Shown piece by piece: positions 14,894 to 27,400 of a DNA stretch of 64,000 nucleotides (position 1 is its first letter; each line of letters begins with the position of its first letter). Below the pieces are notes generated by a model. The model saw nothing but the letters and a program-made list of their open reading frames with translations, ran no database searches and was not told the origin of the DNA. Position numbers and translations under genes: made by a program. Origin of the DNA: Syncephalis fuscata S228. Its lineage: Eukaryota; Fungi; Zoopagomycota. The stretch is from assembly GCA_025786725.1 (NCBI GenBank), contig JAHLTZ010000012.1, positions 1 through 64,000 on the forward strand, given 5' to 3'.

Positions 14894-14966
14894 TGCCTTC
14901 TGGCGGAATCGAACCGCCGACCTTCTGCTTACTAGGCAGACGCTCTGCCAACTGAGCCAAGAAGGC
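14894..14966 (-). tRNA. tRNA-Thr(AGT), intronless
   Basis: GCCTTCT/AGAAGGC acceptor stem, TGGCTCAGTTGG A box, anticodon arm TCTGC-CTAGTAA-GCAGA, GGTTCGATTCC B box, followed by a T5 Pol III terminator (14884-14888). Confidence 0.96.
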
Positions 14967-16124
14967 AAGTGTATTGCATTCGCTTGTTTCGAAGCCGGTT
15001 TTTAAATATATATGGCAAAAAATATTGGACTTGTTTTGCTAAAAATAGAACTTAACGAGTAGCTGATTTTTAATTCTATACTCTATCGTATTCTACTATG
15101 CAAACATTATATTATTTGGCCTAACTGAATATACAGATATATATTTTTTACTTGTAACAATATAATTTAAGACAAAAAATGGCAAATGTAGATTATATCA
15201 CTATTAAATCAGTAATGATACAAATGGTGTTAATTAACAAGCATTGTGTAGTGGAACTAATATATTAACAATATTGATAAGTGGGTAATAAAAATAACTA
15301 ATTAATATGTAAATCAAATAGCTAAATAAGGTATTGCACATAAAGAGATTATAAATAGACTAGTTAATACCAAATAATTATTAGGTTGCTATATGGTATT
15401 GGTATTTTTTATAGAAATGACTGTTTTCTAAATACAATGGCTATCTATTAAAGTTTTTAGTGACGTATAAATAATGTTATCATTGTTTTTTAATAATGCA
15501 AACAAAGACACAATAATACTTTAGTAGTAGATAGATAAATAGTATGAGTATGTTGATTACCTGATATTGTTTATTAGCTATATTATGAATGTGTATTACG
15601 CCCAATCTTTTTAAAAAGTTTCTATTAGTTGAGACAAATGTACGAATAGTGTATAAACAATGCTAATACATTAACTTTATATCTATAAACTAGGGCAATA
15701 GGTAAGCAAGAAACGGATTGTATAAGCCAAAAAAACGATAGTTTAATATATTTGCATTGTCTTTTATTCCTAGTCTATTCGCTTTATATTAATATGTTTT
15801 TAAATTTGTTATTTCTATAAATACCCACCGCTTGGTTTAAGTATCACCATAGTCATAATAGCTGATTTTAGCTAATTCAGTCATAATTGGCTATAAATAA
15901 CCAACCCAGTAAATACTTTTAATGATGCAATGAGTTTACTCATATTTGTATCATCTGTGCTATCAGTATAACTCAGTGAGCAAATTAAGCGCGATAAACA
16001 GACTTTTATTATTAATACAGCTATACCCAAACAACACGACCTTATACGGCACATAACCAATGTATAATAAGATAGTATACAATATAATGATTATACAATA
16101 CAAAGCGGCGATTAGCAGTGTTGA

Positions 16125-16580
16125 GGTAAATGAGCATATATATATGAACTGATGAGCGGAATTAGTCAAAATTTGTTAATAATAAAGCTAGGACAAAAAC
16201 AAAAACAGCTTTAGATAGAGTGAGGCTAGGTGAGTATAGAATGATATATAAAATAATAAATATATGGTAAGAAAGCATATAAACCGATGTCAAAGTTATA
16301 GTGTATATAACATAATGAGTGGAATGAGTGAAGTATATTGGAACATATAAACAATAAAATGTGTCTAGTATATCATAGAATGATACACAATAGTCTGGAT
16401 ATACAACAGAAATGATATAGGTGAATAAAGTATATATATACATACTGGATAATGAATCTACAATGATAAATATTTTGATGATTGATGTCACTCACCACTC
16501 ATCATCATGTTCAGTAGATTGGGCGTTATTGAATATTAGTCATTTGAACACCAAAGCACATTAAATTATTAATAAATTGT
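16125..16580. repeat. Diverged dispersed copy of the 5.8-6.3 kb repeat arm
   Basis: Colinear similarity to ~5765-6220, e.g. ctggataatgaatctacaatgat and catgttcagtagattgg...tattagtcattt. Confidence 0.75.
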
Positions 16581-17237
16581 TCATATGTGCAAAAAAGCTA
16601 ACTTTATTTAGTTAATAATATCATATAATCTTATAACATACATAACATACGCATATATATCTCTCTGTTAACCAGCTAACAAACAACATACTAACGCTAT
16701 TCTAGCATGTAATATACCTTCAATTTACTCTACAACAGCAATAAATAAAGCATTGTATGATATATTAGTCATCCATATTCATTATACAGTCGGCGGCTTA
16801 TCCGGCTTACTCGGCTGTTATTTGCAAAAAATTTAACGACCAGACTCTGTTTATTGAAGGCACTTTGGTCAAACAACAGCTGAATGCACAAAGTATAAAG
16901 ACACAAAAGACCAGCCAGAATGGCCCAACCACACAAACGGAAACGAAAAGAATAATTGATACGCACGCGGCATGTCGGCCTGCCATCATTAGATCAGCAT
17001 CCACAAGAAGAGAGCGACACGAACGAAAAGAAATATAGCGGATAGATAAACACGTCGTGTCTAGAAGAGAGAAGCCAAGAAAAATGTCGGTGGTCGACCG
17101 CTGTGCCAACATACAGGTGAGATTACGATAAACGACCGATAAATATATGCCATCGAACAAGCACCACGCCAAGGATTGTTCACGCCATTGTACACCAACA
17201 AAGTATCGTACTCGTTTCTAATGAAAGTCATTGTATA

Positions 17238-18608
17238 TTACGCCCAGATCTAATAATGCGGTGTTACAAAGCACATCATATAGTGTCATTAGTATTGAGT
17301 AGATTGGCGCATAGCGTTCAATGCTATATAAACCTACCTTTAATAAGCTGTCCCAACTGCCTGTGCAAAGGGCCATGCCGTCGGAGCTGACGCCAAGACA
17401 GCTGACACGATTGTCGTGTGCAGCCAAAACGCCAACACGTTCGCCTTTAAGCGTGTCCCAAACATTACAGTTGAAATCGTCGTAGCCGGCAAACAATAGA
17501 CGGCCCGAGATAGAGAACGCCACTGATGTAATACCACACAGAATGTTGTCATGTGTATACTGATTAAGTTCGCGATCAGCACGTAGATCGAATAGACGAC
17601 AACTGGCATCGTCAGATCCCGTACCAAAAGCATTGCCATCCGGAAGAATTGTACTGCGTTAATATCCGATTCGTGACCAATAAATGTCTGGACACAGCGT
17701 CCAGAGCGGATATCCCATACTTTAGCTGTGGCATCGCATGCTCCTGATACGAAAATGTTATTGCCAGGGGCCAACGACAAGCTATTAGTTGTAGTGTTAG
17801 CATTGCTATCTACACCATATATACATATATTATCTATTTACCTCATTACATCACCAGTATGATCGTTGAATTCAAGTATTTTTACGCCAGCATCAATATC
17901 CCATAGCATGCATGACATATCACCCGAACTTGTTAAAATCTGACGATCGCTAATAAACCGACAGCAGGATAGATAGCCGGTGTGTGCACTTAGTTCACGA
18001 GCCACTTTAACCGATCCTTCCTTTGTCTTCAAATTGTAAATAGAACAGATGTTGTCCAGACCACCACAAGCGACATAGTTACCGCTTGGTGCATAGGCGC
18101 AAGTCATGACCCAGCTAGAGCGCAAGGGAATGGCGTGGATTTTGTTGGTTGTATGTGCATCCCAGACGATAAGTTTGCCGTCTTGTGAGGCCGATACCAA
18201 GTGTTTGTGGTCACAGGCCCAATGCATAGCATAGATTTTGGCCAAATGGCCTTTAAGAGTACGTCGTACTTTCATCATAATTCGTGGCAATGGTTCTAAT
18301 TCTGCGGCGACCGCGCGGACTATAATAATAATATAATAATAATAATAAAATTATTAATAAATAAGTTAAATAAGTAAATATTAACAATTGATTAGTTAAT
18401 TTGTTAATTAATATATAGTTAGTTGATCATTCATCTTTATAAAAGCTATAAAACAAAGAATGTGTACAACACCAATCATCACACCATGCACACCGACTGT
18501 CAACTTACGTGTTGTGTCGCTAAGTGACTCCTTTCGCGCCTTGATTTTCTCTTTAAGAGAATCTGCCTCCCGGCGTGCTACTGTGATTCTTTCGGCAATC
18601 TCATTCAT
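17238..18608 (-). CDS. Heterotrimeric G-protein beta subunit (WD40), 4 coding exons
   Basis: [58 protein letters not shown]|IWA*. One missing base near 17640 breaks FFPDGNAF (likely assembly error). Confidence 0.97.
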
Positions 18609-20238
18609 ATTGACTGTGTAGTTAAAAGACTATATTATAATCAAGATAATAAACTGCGTTTGTTTCACCAGCCCAAGTGATGAACAAAAGTATATAGACG
18701 GTGCAATAGAAGACGAGTCTTCTAGTCAAAGTGATGAAAAGTGTTAGTAACTGGATATTTATAGACACCAATAGTTGGTCATCTAGTCATCACTAGATAT
18801 AGTGTGCAATAGAACCGTTGACTTTACTCAATATTGCCATCATTCAATATATATAAGTCAATTCCTTCAATACAGCCATTTACAATACATATTGTCTTGA
18901 ATAATAGACAAATGCTTGCGTGCAGACCATATCTATCTCATCTAACCTGGGTACTGAGGCCCTATACCATTTCTACTCACAATTGAAATAAAAAACTAAA
19001 TGGCCAACAGTATCACCATAAATTATTAAACGAGTAAGTTAAAAGGTATTCCCTTGAAGAAGAGAATAGAGGACTAGAATAGTAATAGAGTTGTAGTAAT
19101 AGATGGAGAACGAAGAGAGGAGGAGAGAAAGAAAGGAGAGGTGAGGCAAGGAAGGTAAAAAGATGGGTGTGAACACACACACACACGCAGAAAAGACAGA
19201 GATAGACACAAAGCGTCTATCCTCCCATTTCTGGTGTCCCCACCACGCCACACCGAATTCGAAATAGTTGGCGGGTATTCAAAATGGCTAAGAAGATTAT
19301 CAAATAGTTTAATGATGGTAGTAGACATGCAGGCGTAGTCTATGCTCATTAAAGGTGTGTAACTGTGTCGAGTTTATTACGCTGAAATATTATTCAAACA
19401 GCAGTTGCACAAATATTTATAAATAAAACGATATAAAGCCTATATTTAACATATGGAGAAGCAGCTATAACAGCGGTTATCGTTGTATTGCTACAAATAA
19501 AGCAATAAAAGCGCAATAGTAACCAACTTATCGTCCCTGCAGGAGCAATAAGGTTGAAACCACTAGTGGATACTTATATTACTCATCTGGGAAGGGTGTG
19601 CGTCATTAGATAAACATACAAGTCGGCGCGTGTCACTGACACCTTTCTACTCGATAAAAAGACAGTTTGCCACTGACGTACCGTATGGTAAAAAGCAATG
19701 GTAGACAAATAAGCAATAAAGTCCGTAAAAGATTACAAAATACGAATAGAAAAAAGAAAGTCTAAAGCGCGCAATTCGAGCTGTTACTTACCTTTGTTTG
19801 ATTAAGCGTGGACACGTATATCAATAAGTAACGAGAGGGTAGCTGTAGCGGTAATAGCTTGTTATTAGCTGGACGGGCGGCAGGAGTAGGAAGAAAAGAA
19901 TTAAGAAGGCAAAAGGCGACAGCAACACGTATTTTTGCACAAACCGGCTGAAGCAAGGACTTAGAAAGAAGGCAAGTAAGATTGGAGGTGATAGCGCGGA
20001 GGTATTGTAGTATGGCGTGTCAATGTTTGTGCAAGTTTACTGCCTTCTTTTTCTCCATCCACCCTCTTTATTCATTCACTGTGCAGCCATGTGCTGGTGG
20101 CAAATCGTGGGTCACGCAGTGCATAATATACTGCATGCATATGTTGGCAATAGAGCGTTGTTCCAATAAAGCCATAAGCTACGGTAGCAATAAATAAGAG
20201 ATTTTATCTACTAAACAGAAAATAACTGCGCCCATCAG

Positions 20239-20696
20239 TTTTTTAAATAACTTAATTTATCTTCAATAAAGCATAGGTTATAATTGAACTTTGAAACAAT
20301 TTGCACGTGTAAAGGAACGTGCTGGCCAGATGCCATTTAAAACATAGTAATGCACATATTCGATAATACGGTGGCTGTTCATAACAAATACGCAATGTTC
20401 ATTTTTGTAAGATTTGTAAATGGATACGTGGCTATGACCCGACGAAGGTATTGTGTTAAAAGTGTGATTTAGTAAATACAAAATAAGCAAAGTACTGTTT
20501 TTTAAACCTATCTCCAATACGAATAAATAAGGTGTTATAGATGCCATAAATGCTATATTATTTATTAATTAACTGAATGATTGTATATAAATGTATTATT
20601 ATTGTGCCAACATTAATTATAACTAACTAATAAACTATCGACATATCAGTTAGCAGCGTGGTTAATTATACAATGGCTAGTTATAAGCGAGTACTT
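20239..20696. repeat. ~460-bp repeat, inverted near-identical partner at 35293-35750
   Basis: Identical 89-aa pseudo-ORFs at 20278-20547(-) and 35442-35711(+); similarity extends on both sides. Confidence 0.92.
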
Positions 20697-21194
20697 TGAT
20701 TTAATTGAATTTTACTTTGACTCTCACATTTTGAGTCCTCAAAGCAAATTCGTTTTAATCAGTGTCATGTCATTGATATACGCAACATAATTATATTGCT
20801 TCCTACTAAAATATTGCTAATAAGTTGATTTAAATACATAATGTAGTATACTATTTGATTTCTTTGAAACATTTAAAGCCGATTATTATTATTGTTGTTG
20901 TTGGCCATGTGTAGAAAGATTGATTGAATATTAATAGAAGTCATATGATTCCAATTCCATGTCATTTTGCATTGATTGTTGTTGCATCTATGTACAGCAT
21001 GTATTATTGCGTTTAAATGGTCTCTTCTATTTTTTAATATTCTACTATTGCATTTTGAGCATATTTATGATGTAAGATCAAGATTAATATAATTAGTATA
21101 AAAGCCGTTTATTAAACAGCCAATTCCCCTACCGTTTTTAAATAGGGTGTATTTAATACAAAACAAACTTATAAAAATAAATATACAATGAAAA

Positions 21195-21610
21195 AATACA
21201 AATAACGATGTTAAAGTTATAGTGCATACAACACAATGAATGGAATGAATGAAGTATATTAAAACATATAATGAATAGAATGCGTCTAGTATATCATAGC
21301 GTGGGATAGAATGGAAATGTTATAGGGGTAATAGATGATATATGCATATTGGATAATAAATCTACAATAATGAGCATTTTGGACTCTGACGTCACTTAGT
21401 TTTATACTCAATAGAAAGAATGTTTAGTTTAAATGTATGAATAATCAATATAGTCCTTTGACCACCAAATTACAATATAATTAAACAATATAATTATTAA
21501 CAAAACTTATTATCCACCCCATATTTACTAAAACAAGGGTCAGTTTAATTGCGCAAATATGATTAAACATAGCCATTTGACCCATGAATCACATTTAATT
21601 ATTAATAAAA
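21195..21610. repeat. Degenerate copy of the 5.8-6.3 kb repeat family
   Basis: gttatagtgcata...tagaatgcgtctagtatatcatag...ggataataaatctacaat and tttgaccaccaaat motifs shared with 5930-6325. Confidence 0.65.
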
Positions 21611-22129
21611 TGTTACTATCAACGCAATAACCTTAACGTAAATAATACAATCAGCAATATATAACATACACCAATATATATATATATATAGTACTTCGTC
21701 CAATACTCATGCATTAATGATGAGCTTTATTTAGCATTAAATTGTAGCAATATTCATTAATGCAACGCTAATAATTACAATACAACAATGTTCAGCTACT
21801 ACTTGAAAATACATGTGGGCAATATTAACGACTTTACACAGTTTAAATAACTAAATAACTATTTTTTAATTTAGTGTTTTATTTTATTTGAATATTTAAG
21901 ATATATGGTATGCAAATAAAGCTGTTTATTTAGAATAAATATAATTTGTGTGTTCATCCGTCAATTTTACCAATAACACTGTTTGATACATTATATATTT
22001 TTATTTCGAGCTGGTAAGTGTGTTACTTCAATAGAATCTAAAGGTTTATTTCCAATGGTGTCTTCAGATTGCTTGCTAATAAAACACACTGTTGCGTTAT
22101 AAATGCAATTATTGTGTGTGTCAAACAGC

Positions 22130-22726
22130 CAGCTTTAATCGTTTCTTTCATCAAGCATTGCAAGTAAGGATTCAGTAAACAAAACACTGTTAACGGAATC
22201 TAGACGAATAATTGAACGTAATGAAGTTCCATTTCGGGCATCCAGTGCATCAAATGTCTTCTATTGATAATCAATGATTAGTTTCTCACTCGATAGTTCT
22301 ACAAAATAAAAGGTATTTGTAAATCGACTTTATAATATACGCTATTTGTCAGAACCATTAACTGGCAACACTTGGCCGTAATTTCTAGCATCAAATAGTA
22401 ATTGTGGTGAAATATTTTATGAAAATCGTAAACACAAAAATAATAGTAAATTATCAAGTAATTCATTGCCATCGTCTTCATCATAGTTGTTTGCATCAGA
22501 TACAATGATTAGACACATTTTTTCTGTATATAGCTTAACATCAAGACTAGCTTTGCCTAATATGAAATGTTGATTTGGTTCGATAGTATTCTCTTACTCT
22601 AAGACTGATTCTTTTAAGTGCGAAATAGCTTCCACTGAAGGTTTAATGGCCGACTACCACGACCAACAGCCTGCAAACCTTGAGTAGCAACAAACGTAGA
22701 GGTAGTATCAGCTTCTGCGTAGTCAT
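22130..22726 (-). pseudogene. Possible decayed secreted-protein gene
   Basis: ATG at 22726 opens MTTQKLILPLRLLLLKVCRLLVVV, followed by broken coding-like frames (EPNQHFILGKASLDVK, loosely like ELNQPGAFGDKGLIIK in the 61-kb gene) with several stops. Confidence 0.25.
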
Positions 22727-23426
22727 TTATTAGTGTTCATGTTAAAAAATGACGTCGGTTGCAAGAAGCAAATTGAATACAGGCTGATAAACTGTATTCG
22801 CCCAATTTTGATCATTCTATTCATCGATTTCAATTTAAATCAAATAAATTGAATCGTTGATATGGTTTTTATGAATAACTACAATATAAAAGTATCTATT
22901 TATTATGAATATTAAAAATGTTTTAGGTTTTTTCTATTTCGTTTTGATATATTTGTGCTGAAGATAAATCATTTTGGGGGATGAGATGCAAATAATAGGC
23001 CATGCCAAAATAGTCACTTGCTGATTACTTTTCATTCAATAAAAATATAATGTTTATGGATGTACTAAAGTGTTGAGTTGAAGTATTAAAAATTTTAAAT
23101 TCAGTTTCTTTATTGTACTGTGCTTCTAGTTCAGCTACAACTATTATTAATAGCGTTAGTATATATTCAATATAATTATAGCTATTGATTGAATCACCAG
23201 GGATAGTGCTCTTTACGTCATTGTATGTATTTATCTGAAAATTGGCAACAATAAATTGATGTGTCATAAAAGCGCGCTTAAGATTGACTTCACTATTAAA
23301 TAAATATGGCGATAGAGAAAAACTCAATTCTTTTCAAATCGATTTCATGCTATTGCATCCAAATTTCTTGTTAAAAAATATGCCGAATTAACCAGGCTTT
23401 TATCCTTCTTTTTCCAATACCAGTAT

Positions 23427-23900
23427 TATCTACCATGCGATTGATTCATAACATCCACCATGTAATCAAATAGCATGCTAACGATAACATGTGAATAGCC
23501 ACGACAACCATATACTAAATAGTAGTACTAACGATTATAAACAAACAGCTACCCAAGGACACAGTTAGTAAATACTTGTTATTCACTGACATATGAGCGA
23601 CCACATGGACAAGACTCAAGTTCCATTAACAATAATATTTACTATAAAATGCTAGCTTTATTGGAATTATAATAAATATATGTGTTTGATTCTATATTTT
23701 TTCTTTGCTTTAGTTACAAGTGTTATTTAGTTATTAAAAGCCTAACTGTGGTAATCGATAGTTAAACAGAGGAATTGTTTATTGTTTATGTTATAATAGC
23801 ATTAAATTCATATTATACTAATGTAAGCAATTGATTAGTAGCCACTAACGCTTGGGCGATAGAAGTAAGCGTATGCAAGACGGTAGTCATTAAGTTACTA
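23427..23900. repeat. ~470-bp direct repeat, copy 1 (partner 29960-30435)
   Basis: atccaccatgtaatcaaatagcatgctaacg...gggcgatagaagtaagcgt is near-identical at both sites. Confidence 0.92.
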
Positions 23901-24457
23901 GTTGCTAAAATTTAGTGCTAGGTTGTTAAAAATTAACAATTATTCTTATATCAATACCAGTACAATATCATTTCATTATATGATAGTAATAGATTTATTG
24001 CTATCCATGGTATATTTACAAATAAACACAGGCAATTTTATTGCCAATATACATCACCACAATATCCACATTTAACATCGATATATTCATACCAATCTAT
24101 GCTTATAGCTTAGGCGATATAATTATACACATTTTGTTATTAATTTAACCATTTAATTAATAATTGTCATTATTGGATGCAAATAAAGTATGATTATAAA
24201 TATGGCAATTTGATTGTATATAGTTAAGATGAAGCCATAAGTTTATTACGATAAGCTCACACAGTTGAATAGAAACAACTGGATGCAAGATTGTTGATAA
24301 AACAATGATTCCATTGATTAAAGACTGGATAAACCGGAGCATTAGCCAAAACTTGATATATAAATAGACTGGACGGCGTAGTTGTCAAATGGTCTTGCTT
24401 TTCACCGAATATATACCTAAAATGTACTGGAATAGTGGCTTGATCGCACTACCAATG

Positions 24458-27400
24458 CTAACGTCTTGAAACCGTCGGGTATGCTGTATTTAAAAATAAA
24501 GATATTACACATGGTTAATGTATAAGTCATCAATATACAATAGCACTTACAGCCTATTAATATTAGTATATTGGTGTACACAATACATGGTATATAATTA
24601 GTGCATAAACCAGAAATATACAATATACTTACCTTCTATTATATTAAGGTGTTGTTATACATGGTACATGGTGTAATTAATTTATAGCAGAAATATACAA
24701 TTCTACTTACGGCCTATTAATATTAAGTTGTTGGCGCACATAGCACATCGTATACAATCAGTGGATGATCAATTAATATATAATACCACTTACAAACTAT
24801 TAATATTAGACAATGAATACACATGGTGCATCGTATACAATTAGTGAATGGTCAATCAATGTGCAGTACCACTTACAATCTATTATATTGAGTTGTTGAT
24901 ACACACAACACATGGTATATAATTAGCCAACAGTCAATTAATATACAATATCACTTGCCTCCTATCATATTAAGTTGTTGATGTATACAATACATGTTAC
25001 ATAATTAGTCAATAGTAAATCAATGCATAATACAACTTACTGTCTATTATATTAAGTTAATTCATACAATGAATAGCATGTAATTATTTATAGTCAATTA
25101 ATATACAATACCACTTACCATCTATCATATTAAGTTGTGATGTATACAATACACGTTATATAATTAGTCAATAGTAAATCAATATATAATACAACTTACT
25201 ACCTATTATATTAAATTATTGATGCACACAATGAATAGCATGCGGTTAGTGCATGATCAATCAATATACAATACCACTTACAATCTGTTAGTTTGTTAAC
25301 GCATACATTACATAGTGTATAATTAGTGTATAGTTCATTGATATACAACACCACTTACAATCTATTAATTTGTTAACATACACGGTACATAGCATGTGAT
25401 TAGTATAGTCAGTTAATATACAATACCACTTACCCCCTATTAATATTAAATAGTTGGTACAATCAATCAATAGCATAGTTAATATATAATTAATTAACAC
25501 ATAGTACAACTTACGGCCTATCAGTATTATATAATCAGCACAATCAATCAATAGCACGTGGTTAGTAAGTAAGCAATTAATACATAATATAACTTACGGC
25601 CTATTAATATTAAATAGTTAGTACAATTAGTAAATAGCAAGTTAATGTATAGCCCTTTAATATACAATACCACTTACATTCTATTAATATTAAGTAATCG
25701 GTGCAATCAACAAATAGCATAGTTAGTGTATAGTTAACTAATATACAATACAACTTACTATCTATTAATATTAAATAATTAGTACAATTAGTAAATAGCA
25801 TAGTTAATATATATCCAGTTAATTATAATACAACTTACATCCTATTAATATTAAATAATTGGTACGGTTAGTAAATAGTATAGTTAATGTGCAGTCAGTT
25901 AATATATATTGCCACTTACTGCCTATTAATATTAAATAAATAATACCACCAGTAAATAGCAATTAATATATAGTCAGTCGATATACAATACCACTTACTC
26001 CCTATTAATATTAAATAATTGGTACGAGCAGTAAATAGCATATAATTAGTAAATAACCAATTAATACATAATACAACTTACAAACTATTGATATTAAATA
26101 AGCGGTACAGTCAGTAAATAGTATAGTTAATATATAGTCAATCGATATACAATACAACTTACGATCTATTAATATTAAATAATTGGTATTATTGATAAAT
26201 CGCATAGTTAATGTATAGTCGATTAATATACAATGCCACTTACTCCCTATTAATATTAAATAGTTGGTATCATTAGTAGATAACATAGTTAATATATTGT
26301 TAATTAATATAAAATACCACTTACATTCTATTATATTAAATAATCAGTAAATCAATCAATAGCATGTGGTTAGTGCGTAATCAATTAATATAAAGTACCA
26401 CTTACTATCTATTGATATTAAATAATCGGTACAATCAATCAATAACACGTGATTAATGAGTAATCAATTAATATAAAATACCACTTACGCTCTGTTAATA
26501 TTAAATAATTGGTACAATTAGTAAATAGTATAGTTAATTTATAGTCAGTTAATATACAATATCGCTTACTTTCTATTAATATTAAATAATTGGTACAATC
26601 AGTAAATAGCATAGTTAATGTATGTTCAGTCAATACACAATGCCACTTACTGCCTATTAATATTAAATAAATAATACCATCAATAAATGGCATAATTAAC
26701 GCACAGTCAGTTAATATACAATGCAACTTACTGCCTATTAACGTTAAATTGTTAATCACACAATATGCAATATGTAATTAGCTAATAGTCAGTTAATATA
26801 CAATGCCACTTACATCCTATATCATCAAGTTGTCGATACACATAATAAATAGTATGGAGTGAGTGCTAATCAGTTAATATACAATACAACTTACCATCTA
26901 TGGCATTGGATTATTGATACACACAATAAATCATATATAATTAGTGCATAGAAGTTAATATGCAATAAAAATTACCCCCTATTACAGGAAATTGTTAATA
27001 CCATCAGTAAATAGCATAATTAATGTATAGTCAATCGATATACAATGCCACTTACTGCCTATTAGTATTAAGTTGTTGATACACATAGTGCATAATATAT
27101 AATTAGCTGGTGTTCAATTAATATACAATAACTTACATGCTATCGATATTAAGTTGTTGATATACACGGTGCATGGTATAACATTAGTTTATAGTCAATT
27201 AATACATAATACACCTTACCCTCTATGGCATTAAGTTGTTGATACACACAATACATGGTATATAATTAGTTTATAAGTTAGCAATATGTAATAGCACTTA
27301 CGACCTATTAGTATTAAGTTATTGACACACATGGTGCATAGCATGTAATTAGCTAATGTTTGTTAATATACAATATAACTTACATTTCGCTAATATTAGG

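Noticed and set aside
17630-17650. Frameshifts in G-beta, acyl-CoA dehydrogenase, SIZ1, RRN7 and the allantoicase tail as pseudogenes or programmed frameshifts
   Set aside because: Single-base indels scattered over otherwise intact conserved genes fit long-read consensus error better.
20278-20547. Duplicated 89-aa ORF (also 35442-35711) as a gene
   Set aside because: Lies wholly within a repeat, has AT-rich low-information composition and no domain; identity reflects recent duplication.
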